A stretch of DNA of 64,000 bases from an uncultured Candidatus Saccharibacteria bacterium (GCA_963717595.1 CAVQWH010000001.1:470266-534265), one strand, 5' to 3'. Counted from the stretch's first letter, positions 19,603 to 28,880 are shown. The notes: generated from the sequence alone by a model not told the origin. Numbers and translations are program-made.

Positions 19603-20010
19603 ATGAAGCTACATCAAATAAAACAAACATTTCGAAATTACTATACCTTAAACAACATTGTTAGCGCGGTGGCGTTGCTGCTAGCTGCCAGTTTGCTTTG
19701 GGGTACTGTTCAGGCTATGCAGAATAACTTTCAGCTGCAGCACCAAGTTGATGTTGCAAAACAAAATGTAGAGGTTTTAAATTTAGAAGCGCAGAATTTA
19801 GCTTATGAAAACAACTATTACGCTAGCAATGAATATTTAGATTTGGCAGTCCGCGAACGTTTTGGCAAAGCTCCGGCAGGGGAAAGTATGCTTTTATTGC
19901 CTCCGAATACAGTGCACGACACTAGACAGTCAACTGTTGCTATACAGCACGTACCTCAGCCCAGCAACTTCCAGGCTTGGATGGATTTTCTGTTTGGGCA
20001 AAGGCAATAG
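19603..20010 (+). CDS. FtsB/DivIC-like septation protein (TM plus coiled coil)
   Basis: One N-terminal TM helix followed by a heptad-like region (QLQHQVDVAKQNVEVLNLEAQNLAYEN). Confidence 0.45.
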   Translation: MKLHQIKQTFRNYYTLNNIVSAVALLLAASLLWGTVQAMQNNFQLQHQVDVAKQNVEVLNLEAQNLAYENNYYASNEYLDLAVRERFGKAPAGESMLLLPPNTVHDTRQSTVAIQHVPQPSNFQAWMDFLFGQRQ

Positions 20011-20016
20011 TTAGCT

Positions 20017-20583
20017 TTAAATCTGTTTAGCGTATAATATCTCGTAAAATCCTTGCATACCAGAATTTTCTCTAGGTTTTCCTATAGCAACTCTTTGAAA
20101 ACCATTCTTTTCGTGAAAAATCATCGAGGCGATATTAGTGACTGGAGATGCGACAATCTCTGAAAAGAGCCACGGAATTTTTTGGGCGCGCACCTGTTCT
20201 TCGCTAGCTTTTAATAATTTAGCGGCCACACCTTGGCCTTTTAGCTTTGGTAATACACCGATTCCTTTAACGTAAGCATGCGGTTTTGCATAATACAATT
20301 TTTTCATTTCAGGCCTATACCAATACATAAAATCATCTTCTGATATATCTTGTTCACCCTCAAGCCTAACGTATCCTATTATCTCATTATCTTGCTCAAA
20401 TAGTCTGTAGTTAGCAGAGGCCGATGCAAACTCCTTTTCGCTAGGCTCCCCAAGTAGCAAGAACCCGCTACGTTGTATCTGAACTCTATACGCCGGATTA
20501 TTAAGCCGGCTAATATCAAGAGCCAAGCTTTCTTTAATATGAGTAATTGCTTTAAAATCTGCTAGTTCTGCTTTTCGTATCAT
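20017..20583 (-). CDS. GNAT-family N-acetyltransferase
   Basis: Acetyl-CoA motif LKGQGVAAKLL; 188 aa. Confidence 0.75.
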   Translation of the reverse strand: MIRKAELADFKAITHIKESLALDISRLNNPAYRVQIQRSGFLLLGEPSEKEFASASANYRLFEQDNEIIGYVRLEGEQDISEDDFMYWYRPEMKKLYYAKPHAYVKGIGVLPKLKGQGVAAKLLKASEEQVRAQKIPWLFSEIVASPVTNIASMIFHEKNGFQRVAIGKPRENSGMQGFYEILYAKQI

Positions 20584-20660
20584 GTAAGTGATTATATTGG
20601 TTTTATGAAATCAAACAAATTAAAAACTTTTTGAAGGTATACAGGATATGACGCGGGTTA

Positions 20661-21410
20661 CTAAAAAATATCGGAGTCAGCCAGGAAACTCTCGACAGAC
20701 TTATTTACTTCCTCTATTTTATATGGCTTAAGTCTATAATCATGGTCTGAGTCTATGCCTTTAAGTGTCTTAGGCTCTGCGGCAATATTATATATATTTT
20801 TGACTCTTTTTGGTGTAGCACCAGTATCATGTGTGCCGTAAATAAATAGCTTAGGTTTAGTGCAGAGTCGTAAAGGTTCAGTGTAGTCGTAGGTGGTCTG
20901 GTCTTCAAAAAAACTATAAGGTAGCTTTGCTCGCTTGATTTCTTTGCCTCCACCTGGAGGCAAGTCTCGTTTAAGTAGTCGGTAGCCTTTTATCTGCCAC
21001 TCTTTGTTGGTTCTTCCAAGATAGTCACCCTTTATGTGCGAAGGCATGATTGCCGCAAAGGCCTTGATGGCAGAATTAGTGACAGCACTAGCTATAGACA
21101 TCGTTGCGCCCCTACTGTGACCCATCGTAAAAGTTGGTATATTACCAAAATAATCAATAAGCTCATTGATTGCTTGTAGGTAACTGCTGCCTGTATAGTT
21201 TGAAATATCACCTGGGCTTTCCCATGTTCCGGGCGGATCAAAGGATATTGATAAAAAACCAAGTGTAGATAGATAATCTACATGGCTTCGCATGTGTGCA
21301 TAATCTTTTGTGTCAAACAGGCCCGGTAAAACAAGCGCTAGCTTATTTGAATCTTCTTCACCTTGCTGGTATACAGCTAGCTCAAAACTTGTTGTCTTAA
21401 TAAAATTCAT
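20661..21410 (-). CDS. alpha/beta hydrolase
   Basis: Nucleophile elbow GHSRG; 249 aa. Confidence 0.7.
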   Translation of the reverse strand: MNFIKTTSFELAVYQQGEEDSNKLALVLPGLFDTKDYAHMRSHVDYLSTLGFLSISFDPPGTWESPGDISNYTGSSYLQAINELIDYFGNIPTFTMGHSRGATMSIASAVTNSAIKAFAAIMPSHIKGDYLGRTNKEWQIKGYRLLKRDLPPGGGKEIKRAKLPYSFFEDQTTYDYTEPLRLCTKPKLFIYGTHDTGATPKRVKNIYNIAAEPKTLKGIDSDHDYRLKPYKIEEVNKSVESFLADSDIF

Positions 21411-21504
21411 TGTTATATTATATCAAAAAGGCACCATTGTTATCTGAAGCTTTGATAGTATGAGCGGTAGGATATCGCTACGCTCCTCCGCTCAAAAGTG
21501 CTCA

Positions 21505-21606
21505 GGGGGCAGGATTCCGTCGTCGCCTTCGGCTCCTTTGGGATAATGTTGCCTTGTCCTCGGTACAAGCACCTGCGGGCAAGTCTACATTATCGAACCT
21601 GCGACC
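21505..21606 (-). repeat. partial duplicate of the tRNA-fMet 3' half (T-arm plus acceptor), interrupted by a 76-77 nt insert
   Basis: gggggcaggattc (21505-21517) and cgaacctgcgacc (21594-21606) together match 21694-21718 of the intact tRNA gene. The intervening 21518-21593 is GC-richer and self-complementary. Confidence 0.6.
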
Positions 21607-21654
21607 AGTTTTGCTTTACAAAACCTCGCAGAACCGAATCTACTCATAACCAAA

Positions 21655-21686
21655 ACAAAAACCCGACTACTGTCGGGCTCTTGTTT
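21655..21686. terminator. bidirectional hairpin terminator downstream of tRNA-fMet
   Basis: cccgac (21662-21667) / gtcggg (21672-21677), flanked by A- and T-runs. Confidence 0.55.
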
Positions 21687-21764
21687 TGGTTGCGGGGGCA
21701 GGATTCGAACCTGCGACCTTGTGGTTATGAGCCACACGAGCTGACCAGACTGCTCCACCCCGCG
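21687..21764 (-). tRNA. initiator tRNA-fMet (CAU)
   Basis: C1 x A72 acceptor mismatch (cgcgggg / ccccgca), A11:U24 in the D stem, anticodon loop CTCATAA, encoded CCA. Confidence 0.85.
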
Positions 21765-21811
21765 GCAACGTTATGTTATGTTAGCAGGTTATCTGTTGTT
21801 TTGCAACGTTC

Positions 21812-23185
21812 TTAGGCGAGCTTAGAAGCGGCTACCCGCACCACTTCGCTCCAGCTTGGAAAGGCATGGATCGTGTTGGCAACATCGCGTGCATGGAGGC
21901 CATTTTGCACAGCTAAAGTTAGCTCATGGATGATTTCTCCAGCATTGGGTGCTACGACAGTACCGCCCAGAATAATACCTTTTTTGTCTGTAATGATTTT
22001 GGCAAAACCTTCGTGTACGTCAGCAATGTTTGCCCGAGCTGTAATATTAAGCGGCGCCACGGCTTGATTAATAGGTAGGTCGCGCTTGATGCAGTCGTCT
22101 TCGCTAAGGCCGGTGGAAGCAACTTCCGGGTCAGTGTAAGTTATGCGGGGTATAGCGGTATAGTTAGGAGATATTTTGTTACGGTTGAAAATATTATGTG
22201 CAGCCACACGGCTTTCTAGCAAGGCCACGTGCGTGTACATATGAGTGCCTAAAACGTCACCAGCAGCATAGATGTGTTTGGAAGTAGTTTGCAGGTGTTC
22301 ATTAACTTCTATGCCTTTTGGCGTGTATTCAACTCCGGCATTCTCTAGGCCTATATCCACCATTGGGTTTTTCCCAGCAGCAATTAATATCTCATCTACC
22401 TTTACAGATTTTTCTACTTTACGGCTAGTGTAAGTCACGCGTTTTAAAAGCCCTTCTTTAGAAACTTTTGTTACCCGTGCTTGAGTGAGTGCGGTAATGC
22501 CTTTATGTTCATGTAAATATGGTTCGATAAGTTCACTTACTGCCGTGTCTTCACCAGGCAGTAAACGCGGCGCAATATCAGCTATGTAAACTTTAGAACC
22601 AAATGAGCTAAATAACTGAGCCATTTCCAGGCCTGTGCTTCCGCCGCCTATGATAAACGTAGATTTTGGCGGACGGATTAAGTCTAAGGCTGTGCGCGGA
22701 GTCAGGTATTCTATTTTTTCAAAGCCATGGATTTTAGCGGGGATTTGCCAGTTAGCACCGGTGGCTATCAAGATATGTTCTGCAGAAATATGCCTGCGGT
22801 TGACGCTTATCTCATGAGGACTGATTAAATGTGCTAGGCCATGGTATAGGCTAATGCCTTGTGACTGATAATATCGCTGATTAGCTCCGGCGCCAGTTCG
22901 CTTGACTACAAGATCTTTCCAGGCTTTGACCGACGGGTAGTTGTATCCGACAGCTCCTGATCTAATACCAAATTTTTGTCCGTTTTTAGCATGGTCGTAT
23001 AACTTTGCTGCATGTAAGAGTGCCTTAGTGGGGACATCACTAAAATTAGCTGATGTGCCGCCAAATGTATCAGTTTCAATTAAAGCTACGCTTTTGCCAG
23101 CGCGGGCCGTTATGGAAGCTGCCGCACTGCCCCCAGCTCCACTGCCGATTACAATAAGGTCGTAGTTAAAATTATGTCTTGCCAT
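21812..23185 (-). CDS. class I pyridine nucleotide-disulfide oxidoreductase homolog (Lpd/MerA/GR fold) lacking the redox-active CxxxxC
   Basis: GSGAGGSAAA FAD motif, second GGGSTGLE motif, C-terminal HAFPSWSE. The position of GGTCxNxGCxPSK reads GGTSANFSDVPTK. Confidence 0.8.
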   Translation of the reverse strand: MARHNFNYDLIVIGSGAGGSAAASITARAGKSVALIETDTFGGTSANFSDVPTKALLHAAKLYDHAKNGQKFGIRSGAVGYNYPSVKAWKDLVVKRTGAGANQRYYQSQGISLYHGLAHLISPHEISVNRRHISAEHILIATGANWQIPAKIHGFEKIEYLTPRTALDLIRPPKSTFIIGGGSTGLEMAQLFSSFGSKVYIADIAPRLLPGEDTAVSELIEPYLHEHKGITALTQARVTKVSKEGLLKRVTYTSRKVEKSVKVDEILIAAGKNPMVDIGLENAGVEYTPKGIEVNEHLQTTSKHIYAAGDVLGTHMYTHVALLESRVAAHNIFNRNKISPNYTAIPRITYTDPEVASTGLSEDDCIKRDLPINQAVAPLNITARANIADVHEGFAKIITDKKGIILGGTVVAPNAGEIIHELTLAVQNGLHARDVANTIHAFPSWSEVVRVAASKLA

Positions 23186-23199
23186 ATCAAAATTCCTCT

Positions 23200-23481
23200 T
23201 TATATCATCATACTTTGGTGTTCATATAAATACGCAGCCTCAGGGTGATAAATATGCAGGTACTGAGCAGTTTTACGGCGTATATCAGCTGAAGTAACTT
23301 CGGTTTTAGTGCTTAACCATTTTAAAACTGACTTACAAACTTTCTCGGCAATCATATGCGCTTCACCCTCGTAAGCTCTCACTGCTAGACAGGTGGCTAG
23401 AATACTTTGGTGTAGTTTTACGGCATCAAATTTTTCGGTATCAGTGGTTGTGTGGTGTTTGGCAATGTAAACGTCATTCAT
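23200..23481 (-). CDS. stand-alone ATP-cone-like domain protein (93 aa)
   Basis: KFDAVKLHQSILATCLA ... VTSADIRRKTAQYLHIYHPEAAYLYEH resembles the ATP-cone pattern. It overlaps the upstream gene by 4 nt. Confidence 0.45.
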   Translation of the reverse strand: MNDVYIAKHHTTTDTEKFDAVKLHQSILATCLAVRAYEGEAHMIAEKVCKSVLKWLSTKTEVTSADIRRKTAQYLHIYHPEAAYLYEHQSMMI

Positions 23482-24203
23482 CTGACCGTCTCCTTTAGGA
23501 TCTGTGCAGTAACCACATAATTTACAAAGGCGTAAGAGCCGATTACTACCAAACCGCTGCCAGCTACATATTGTAGGAAATATTTGTAATGTTCGCGCCA
23601 GCGTTGAATTGAGCTAACGGGTTTACCAAGATTAATTAGGGCGTTAATCACAAAAAGTGGAAGTGTAGCAACTATGACATACAAAAGTAGGCCGCTTGCT
23701 TGGATGTAAGGGGTTTTTTGAATTAAAATTAGCGCAGCTAAGCTGAGTGGTGCTATTAGAAAAGGTAGCTCACCTAGCACGCTAGCTACTCCTAAGATGA
23801 AAGCTTCAGAGTTATTTTTAGTTTTTTTAGTTCGTTCGGTTAAGTATTTAGCCATAGGTCGCGGTAGCCAAAGTTGCGTGCCGCTGGTACGACGAAAATA
23901 AAATAGCATAACGCAAACGCCGATAATTACATTTACTACAGTGACCAAAGTCCAGATTGCAGTAGAGGCTGACAGCGTAGTAGGTAAAAGAGTGGCGCCA
24001 TAACTCAAGCTGCTTAAAAGCAAGAGACTTATAAAAAAGACTCCGCATACATAAGAAAAGTTTAAGCTCAGCATTCTTTTTACCGATCGTTGCTTTCCTA
24101 GACTATGACCACTTAGCAATGTCAGCAAACTCGCACCGAGCTGAAAACTAGCGTGCAAAGTAGCAGCAAATATTAGTAAAGCAAGAGCTGAGAGGGTAAA
24201 CAT
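23478..24203 (-). CDS. polytopic membrane protein, unknown function
   Basis: 241 aa with about 6 TM helices. First gene of a three-gene minus-strand operon. Confidence 0.45.
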   Translation of the reverse strand: MFTLSALALLIFAATLHASFQLGASLLTLLSGHSLGKQRSVKRMLSLNFSYVCGVFFISLLLLSSLSYGATLLPTTLSASTAIWTLVTVVNVIIGVCVMLFYFRRTSGTQLWLPRPMAKYLTERTKKTKNNSEAFILGVASVLGELPFLIAPLSLAALILIQKTPYIQASGLLLYVIVATLPLFVINALINLGKPVSSIQRWREHYKYFLQYVAGSGLVVIGSYAFVNYVVTAQILKETVR

Positions 24204-24316
24204 GTTTATTTTTGTTAAATAATGCTCCTGCTTATATATACCACAGAAGTAGCTTTGAGGTCAAAGCATTAATGGGACTTGTGATATGATTAGGCGGAAT
24301 ATAATATTTTACATTT

Positions 24317-25478
24317 ATGCCACATCATTCTCCTCATAGGCACCAATATCACATTACTCGCTTAAGCGAGATTAAACGTTTGTACTGGGCTCATACTATC
24401 AGAGGGCTAGCTTCTGAGATGACATCAATTTTCATACCTATATATTTCTACAAGTTGGGGTTTAACGCTACAGAAATAATGGGCTACTTTTTAATATTTG
24501 CCATTGTATGGGGTGTAATACAGTATCCCGTTATGCGCTTTTCGAATTTTATAGGTTTTAACCGTGCTATGGGAATCAGTATGATTATCCAAGGCATTCA
24601 GGTAGTTATGCTGGCAACTATCCCGATTTATCACTGGCCGCTATGGCTCATAGCCTCAGTTTGGGCACTTCTCGTGGCAATGTACTGGCCAAATTTTCGA
24701 GCCAATTTCGCTAAAAGCCTTTTGCATAAAAAGGTCGGCCTTTTCGGTAGGCTTATCCATAGCTTTATTGCTATTAGCTTACGGTTTAGCCCCTGTTTTT
24801 GGCGGAGCAATTGCTACCCAGTTTGGTATTTTTATGCTTTATGTTTTAGCGATGGTGCTTTTTGTATCAGCATCTATCCCCTTATTTGGGGGACAAGAAA
24901 TTATCAAACGAGAATCTTTTGATTTAAGGCTCATAAAATGGCGAAGAGTGCGGAAAGACTTAGTAGCTAACGCCGGAAGTGAAGTTGATGATAGTATAGG
25001 CGCTTTTATATGGCCGCTATTTATATTTCTGATTGTTCCATCTTATGTTGGAGTAGGTATTTTAAGCTCGGTGTCGGTTATCGCCTCGATGTTAATTGCT
25101 TTTTATGTTGGCCATAGAGAGGCGTCTAAAGGCGAGCGTGGCTACTTAAATAGAGGCACTTTCACCATAACTTCCATGAATGTTCTTAGAGTATTTACTC
25201 AGTCTGCACCTCAGATTGCTGGAGTGAATTTTATTAATGGACTGGGGCGCGCTCTTCTGACTACCTCATATGATTCACGGTATTATCAAAATGCTGAGCG
25301 TGAACCGCTGCTTCCATATGTCTATTTAATGCTAACGATTTGCGCTGTTGGTGATTTTATAGTTTTTGGCATTTTGTGGATAATTAGTCTCTTTGCTCCG
25401 ATAGGAGTTGTAGTAGCTGTTGGCCTGATCCTTGCTGTTCCCGCAAGTTACTTAATTCGCTTAATAAGGTCTAACTAA
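24317..25478 (+). CDS. MFS-like membrane protein (paralog of 12065..13318), split by a +1 frameshift
   Basis: ORFs 24317..24922 and 24768..25478. The frames rejoin if the T4 run at 24741-24744 is read as T3 (KKVGLSVGLSIALLLLAYGLAPVFGG). Confidence 0.6.
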
Positions 25479-25557
25479 AGTATTTCGCTTAAGCTTTGGT
25501 ATTAATTGGAAGCTTGTTACTATGCTTTTACTAGTACTTGCTATGAGGGGATAATAA

Positions 25558-26937
25558 GTGGCGCAAAACGAAGTACCGAAGCTTCCTGGGTTAAGACGTC
25601 TGGGAGAACGCAAACGAGGAAAGGGTCGCATTGAAGTTGGGCCTGATAAACCATACTTTGCTCCTGTTGATCGATTTAATATGTTATCTCAGGTGAGGCA
25701 AGGCCTTGATGAGGAAGAGCTTAGGGAACTGACGGATGCGCTGATAATAACAGAGGATGGAGATAGGCGCTCAATTAAACTTCTCCAACCCGTAACTGCT
25801 GGGCTATTTCATCGTGCAGAACTTGAGCCTTACTTAAAACGAATTAATTCTACCTGGCGCTCTACTCATACTATAGAAGAGATGACTCCGCTGGTTGAAG
25901 GGGAGGACTATTATCTAGTGGTGATTGCCGGCCATCGCCGTACTGTTGCTGTGCGTCGAGCTGCAGAAAAAATTGGTCAAGATACCGACTTGGTAGATAT
26001 GGAATTTCACCTAATGCTTGGCAGTCAGCTTACATTTCGTAATGCTATTATTACACAGTATAGAGAAAACTTTCATAAGCGCCCGGAATCCTGGGAAGAC
26101 GCCCAGGCAATTAGCGCTATATTAGAAGAAGGCACTCAGGCTGGAGATTATAAAACTTTTGCCGATTGTGCTAGAGATTTAGGGGTTACCGAAGAAAGGG
26201 TCTCACGAGCTCATCGATTTCAAGGTTTGCCCGATCCAGTCAAAGAACTTGTAGAAAAAGATGTACTTCAATTTGGTCGCGCTATTTCTCTTAATGACCT
26301 GTTTTCCGTTCTTGCCTACAATGCTTCACATGAAGGTCTTGATGATGAAACAAAAAAAGATTTATTAGCTCGTATTGTGGCCAATAAACTTTACTTACCT
26401 GATGCTATGAAGCATGTGGATGAAGAGAGCGCTCGTTTGTTACAAACATCATTCATGCATCATGCTTCTAAAGTAGCTAAACTTAAAAATCATTATGAGA
26501 CACAAGTATATGTTAAAGAGTTAATTGAAAGTATTTTAAATAACGGCCAACTAGGATTTATGTTGGAAACTGAAGAGCAAATTAGGAAGGAAGAAAAAAG
26601 AAGGGAAAGGTTTTCTGATAGGAGAGTTGCCATTGAGTGTATAAGAGCTATGACCGCGGTGCTGCAAACTGAAAGAATCAGATTAGTTACTGGCGAAACC
26701 CCAGCTTTTGTGGGAAGTTCAAAAATCAGAGCTCTACTCGCTGTATACCACGAAGGCATGGAGGCTATTAGAAACAACCAGGATCCTGGAGTTGATTTAA
26801 TAAGGGTTGGGCACGAACTTGTAAAAGAGATTGAAGAATCTGGAGAGGGTGATAGGGTTGATAGCTTTACGCAGAGCATGATTGATGCTGGTGATGAGGT
26901 ATGGCCCAACGACAACCAGGATGCCCTAGAGCTCTAA
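25558..26937 (+). CDS. ParB/Srx N-terminal-domain protein with a long helical C-terminal region
   Basis: GTG start. ParB-box-like YYLVVIAGHRRTVAVRRAAEK. No parA is adjacent. Confidence 0.65.
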   Translation: MAQNEVPKLPGLRRLGERKRGKGRIEVGPDKPYFAPVDRFNMLSQVRQGLDEEELRELTDALIITEDGDRRSIKLLQPVTAGLFHRAELEPYLKRINSTWRSTHTIEEMTPLVEGEDYYLVVIAGHRRTVAVRRAAEKIGQDTDLVDMEFHLMLGSQLTFRNAIITQYRENFHKRPESWEDAQAISAILEEGTQAGDYKTFADCARDLGVTEERVSRAHRFQGLPDPVKELVEKDVLQFGRAISLNDLFSVLAYNASHEGLDDETKKDLLARIVANKLYLPDAMKHVDEESARLLQTSFMHHASKVAKLKNHYETQVYVKELIESILNNGQLGFMLETEEQIRKEEKRRERFSDRRVAIECIRAMTAVLQTERIRLVTGETPAFVGSSKIRALLAVYHEGMEAIRNNQDPGVDLIRVGHELVKEIEESGEGDRVDSFTQSMIDAGDEVWPNDNQDALEL

Positions 26938-27019
26938 ATTATTGACAAATCATAAAACTTATGCTAAGTTAGTTACATACTCAATTAAACATAAAAATAA
27001 AAAAGAGGAAACAAACAAA

Positions 27020-27181
27020 ATGGACATACCCCAAGGTGCAGAACCGGTAACGGTTAGCGAGATTTTAGACTTGGCAACCTGGCAACGCGAGCGCAGTAGC
27101 GAAGAGTTACAGTCTTTCATAAGTCGCCGCCACGAAGCTTTGTCTAAGATTAGCAACGAAGAACTAGCTGAAGACTTCTAG
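27020..27181 (+). CDS. small acidic protein (53 aa)
   Basis: ATG 27020 with RBS aagagga. The start of track ORF 26942 coincides with a TTGACA-17-TAAGTT promoter (26942-26970), so the shorter ORF is preferred. Confidence 0.4.
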   Translation: MDIPQGAEPVTVSEILDLATWQRERSSEELQSFISRRHEALSKISNEELAEDF

Positions 27182-27248
27182 AAAAGCTGGTACTAATCTG
27201 TTACAATCATCACTGCTATTCTGTTTTACGGATAGCAGTTTTTGACGA

Positions 27249-27325
27249 GGCAGCGTAGCTCAGTTGGTTAGAGCGTAGGACTCATAAGCCTAAGGTCGCA
27301 GGTTCAATCCCTGCCGCTGCTACCA
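27249..27325 (+). tRNA. tRNA-Met (CAU), probably elongator
   Basis: 77-nt cloverleaf. The 5' part GGCAGCGTAGCTCAGTTGGTTAGAGC resembles E. coli metT. Anticodon loop CTCATAA, encoded CCA, followed by a hairpin and T-run. Confidence 0.8.
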
Positions 27326-27383
27326 GAAGTAAAAACCCCGATCTTAGCGGTCGGGTTTTATTAACCAAAAATGGTTTATTGAA

Positions 27384-28124
27384 ATGAAAAAAAGAGGCAA
27401 AGTTATTCAAGATTTTGGAGGTGATGGAGAAGTTATTATTCTTCTTCATGGGTTTTTAGCCTCTTCAAAATATTGGTGGCGTCTTCAACCGCATCTTAGT
27501 AAGGCTGGCTATAGGGTTATAACTATGGATCTTTTTGGGTTTGGCAATGCCCCTAAGCCTAGGAACGCTAACTATACATATGATGAATATATTAGGTACA
27601 TAAATGACAATATTAAAACCCTGAGACTAAAAAGGCCGTTTATATTGGTCGGTCACTCGATGGGCGCTATGCTGGCTGCGCGCTATAGCCTATATTACTC
27701 ATATAAAGTTAAGTCTCTCGTTCTGCTACACCCTCCTATTTATCGAAGCTTAGAAGAGGCAGAAAGAGTGTTGCGCAGCACAGGCAGAGTGTATAGATTT
27801 TTACTAGATTTTAGATTTAGAAGCATAGGGTGGTTTTTAGTTAGAGTTTTTTCATTTCACAATATAAGCAAGCATAATAAAGATTCGAGGGAAAATTCTT
27901 TCAAAAACGTTATAGGTGCCTCTGAGATTTTAGATGATTTAAAGCGAGTCAAAACACGAACCTTACTTTTAGTAGGTTTATTAGATAGACATGAATATCG
28001 CAATAATCTTAAAAACACCTCTCTAAGCCCTATGATAAAAGTAGTATACGAGCGCATTTCTCACCACTCACCCGTGCTAAGATCTAAGTTGGTTTCAAAA
28101 ATTATTACAGACTTTATAAAATAA
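27384..28124 (+). CDS. alpha/beta hydrolase
   Basis: HGF oxyanion region and GHSMG nucleophile elbow. Confidence 0.75.
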   Translation: MKKRGKVIQDFGGDGEVIILLHGFLASSKYWWRLQPHLSKAGYRVITMDLFGFGNAPKPRNANYTYDEYIRYINDNIKTLRLKRPFILVGHSMGAMLAARYSLYYSYKVKSLVLLHPPIYRSLEEAERVLRSTGRVYRFLLDFRFRSIGWFLVRVFSFHNISKHNKDSRENSFKNVIGASEILDDLKRVKTRTLLLVGLLDRHEYRNNLKNTSLSPMIKVVYERISHHSPVLRSKLVSKIITDFIK

Positions 28125-28142
28125 AATAGCGGTAAACATAGT

Positions 28143-28880
28143 CTATTGAAAAGCTTCTTCAACTTTCATAATCGGGTCGTACCAGCCTTGCTCAAGAACA
28201 TAGGTTTGAGCCTTTTTATCTAAACCAGTTATTACTGCGATTCCAACTATAATAAAAAGGATTCCAATGATTTTTTTAAACAAGCTTTCTGGATTACTCA
28301 ACCAGCGCATTTTTTGTACAATTGTTTGCCCAAATATACTGATTAAAAGTAAGGTAGCCGAAACACCGATAGCGTATGCAACCAAATACGCAAACCCTTT
28401 AGCGAACGAGGCTGGTAATATGACAGCAACTATAAGGGCATAGGTTGGGCTACAACTATTAAAAACAGGCCCCAGTGCAGCGCCAAGTAGGATGTCTTTT
28501 TTAATGCCCTTATTTTCTTGCGAGTCCCCTAGAAAACGATTTGCTTGGGATTGAAAGCTGGTTTTGAGCATGGCCTTTTCCCATAGAGAGGGGAAAAGTA
28601 AGTTAATACCAAACAAAATTACAATTACTCCCGCTATTATTTGCCAGACCGAGCTAGGTACGCCCAACAAAGCAGTTGTTGCTTTCAGGAGGAGCGTGAA
28701 CACAATTATTGAAGCAGTAAGGCTTGCTACGATTACTAAAGGGTGTTTAAGAGAAAAGTTCCCCTTCTTACCGTGGGAATAAATTATACTTCCGCCTATT
28801 ATAACCGGAAGCAAAGGCAGGATACATGGAGCTGCTACGGTTAACACTCCTGCAATAAACGAAGCTATCAGTAAGGCCAT
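28143..28880 (-). CDS. ccdA: CcdA/DsbD-family thiol:disulfide electron-transfer membrane protein
   Basis: AAPCILPLLPV motif; 6 TM helices. Abuts the thioredoxin-like gene with no gap. Confidence 0.8.
   Translation of the reverse strand: MALLIASFIAGVLTVAAPCILPLLPVIIGGSIIYSHGKKGNFSLKHPLVIVASLTASIIVFTLLLKATTALLGVPSSVWQIIAGVIVILFGINLLFPSLWEKAMLKTSFQSQANRFLGDSQENKGIKKDILLGAALGPVFNSCSPTYALIVAVILPASFAKGFAYLVAYAIGVSATLLLISIFGQTIVQKMRWLSNPESLFKKIIGILFIIVGIAVITGLDKKAQTYVLEQGWYDPIMKVEEAFQ

Noticed and set aside
21420-21690. SRP RNA, tmRNA, RNase P RNA, or a split, permuted or intron-containing tRNA in the 270-nt gap next to tRNA-fMet
   Set aside because: - No GGAA/AGCA helix-8 pattern in the right geometry.
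- No tmRNA 3' T-arm/ACCA partner or tag ORF.
- No RNase P GAGGAAAGUCC box.
- No 5' acceptor or D-arm to complete a tRNA.

I kept it only as an unexplained repeat and structure.
21498-21815. A 105-aa plus-strand ORF
   Set aside because: It runs antisense through the tRNA-fMet gene, its terminator and the tRNA-fragment region. It has no RBS.
26493-26915. A 140-aa minus-strand ORF inside the ParB-like gene
   Set aside because: It is antisense to a longer ORF with a recognisable domain. Its composition is Ser/Leu-rich, typical of a shadow frame.
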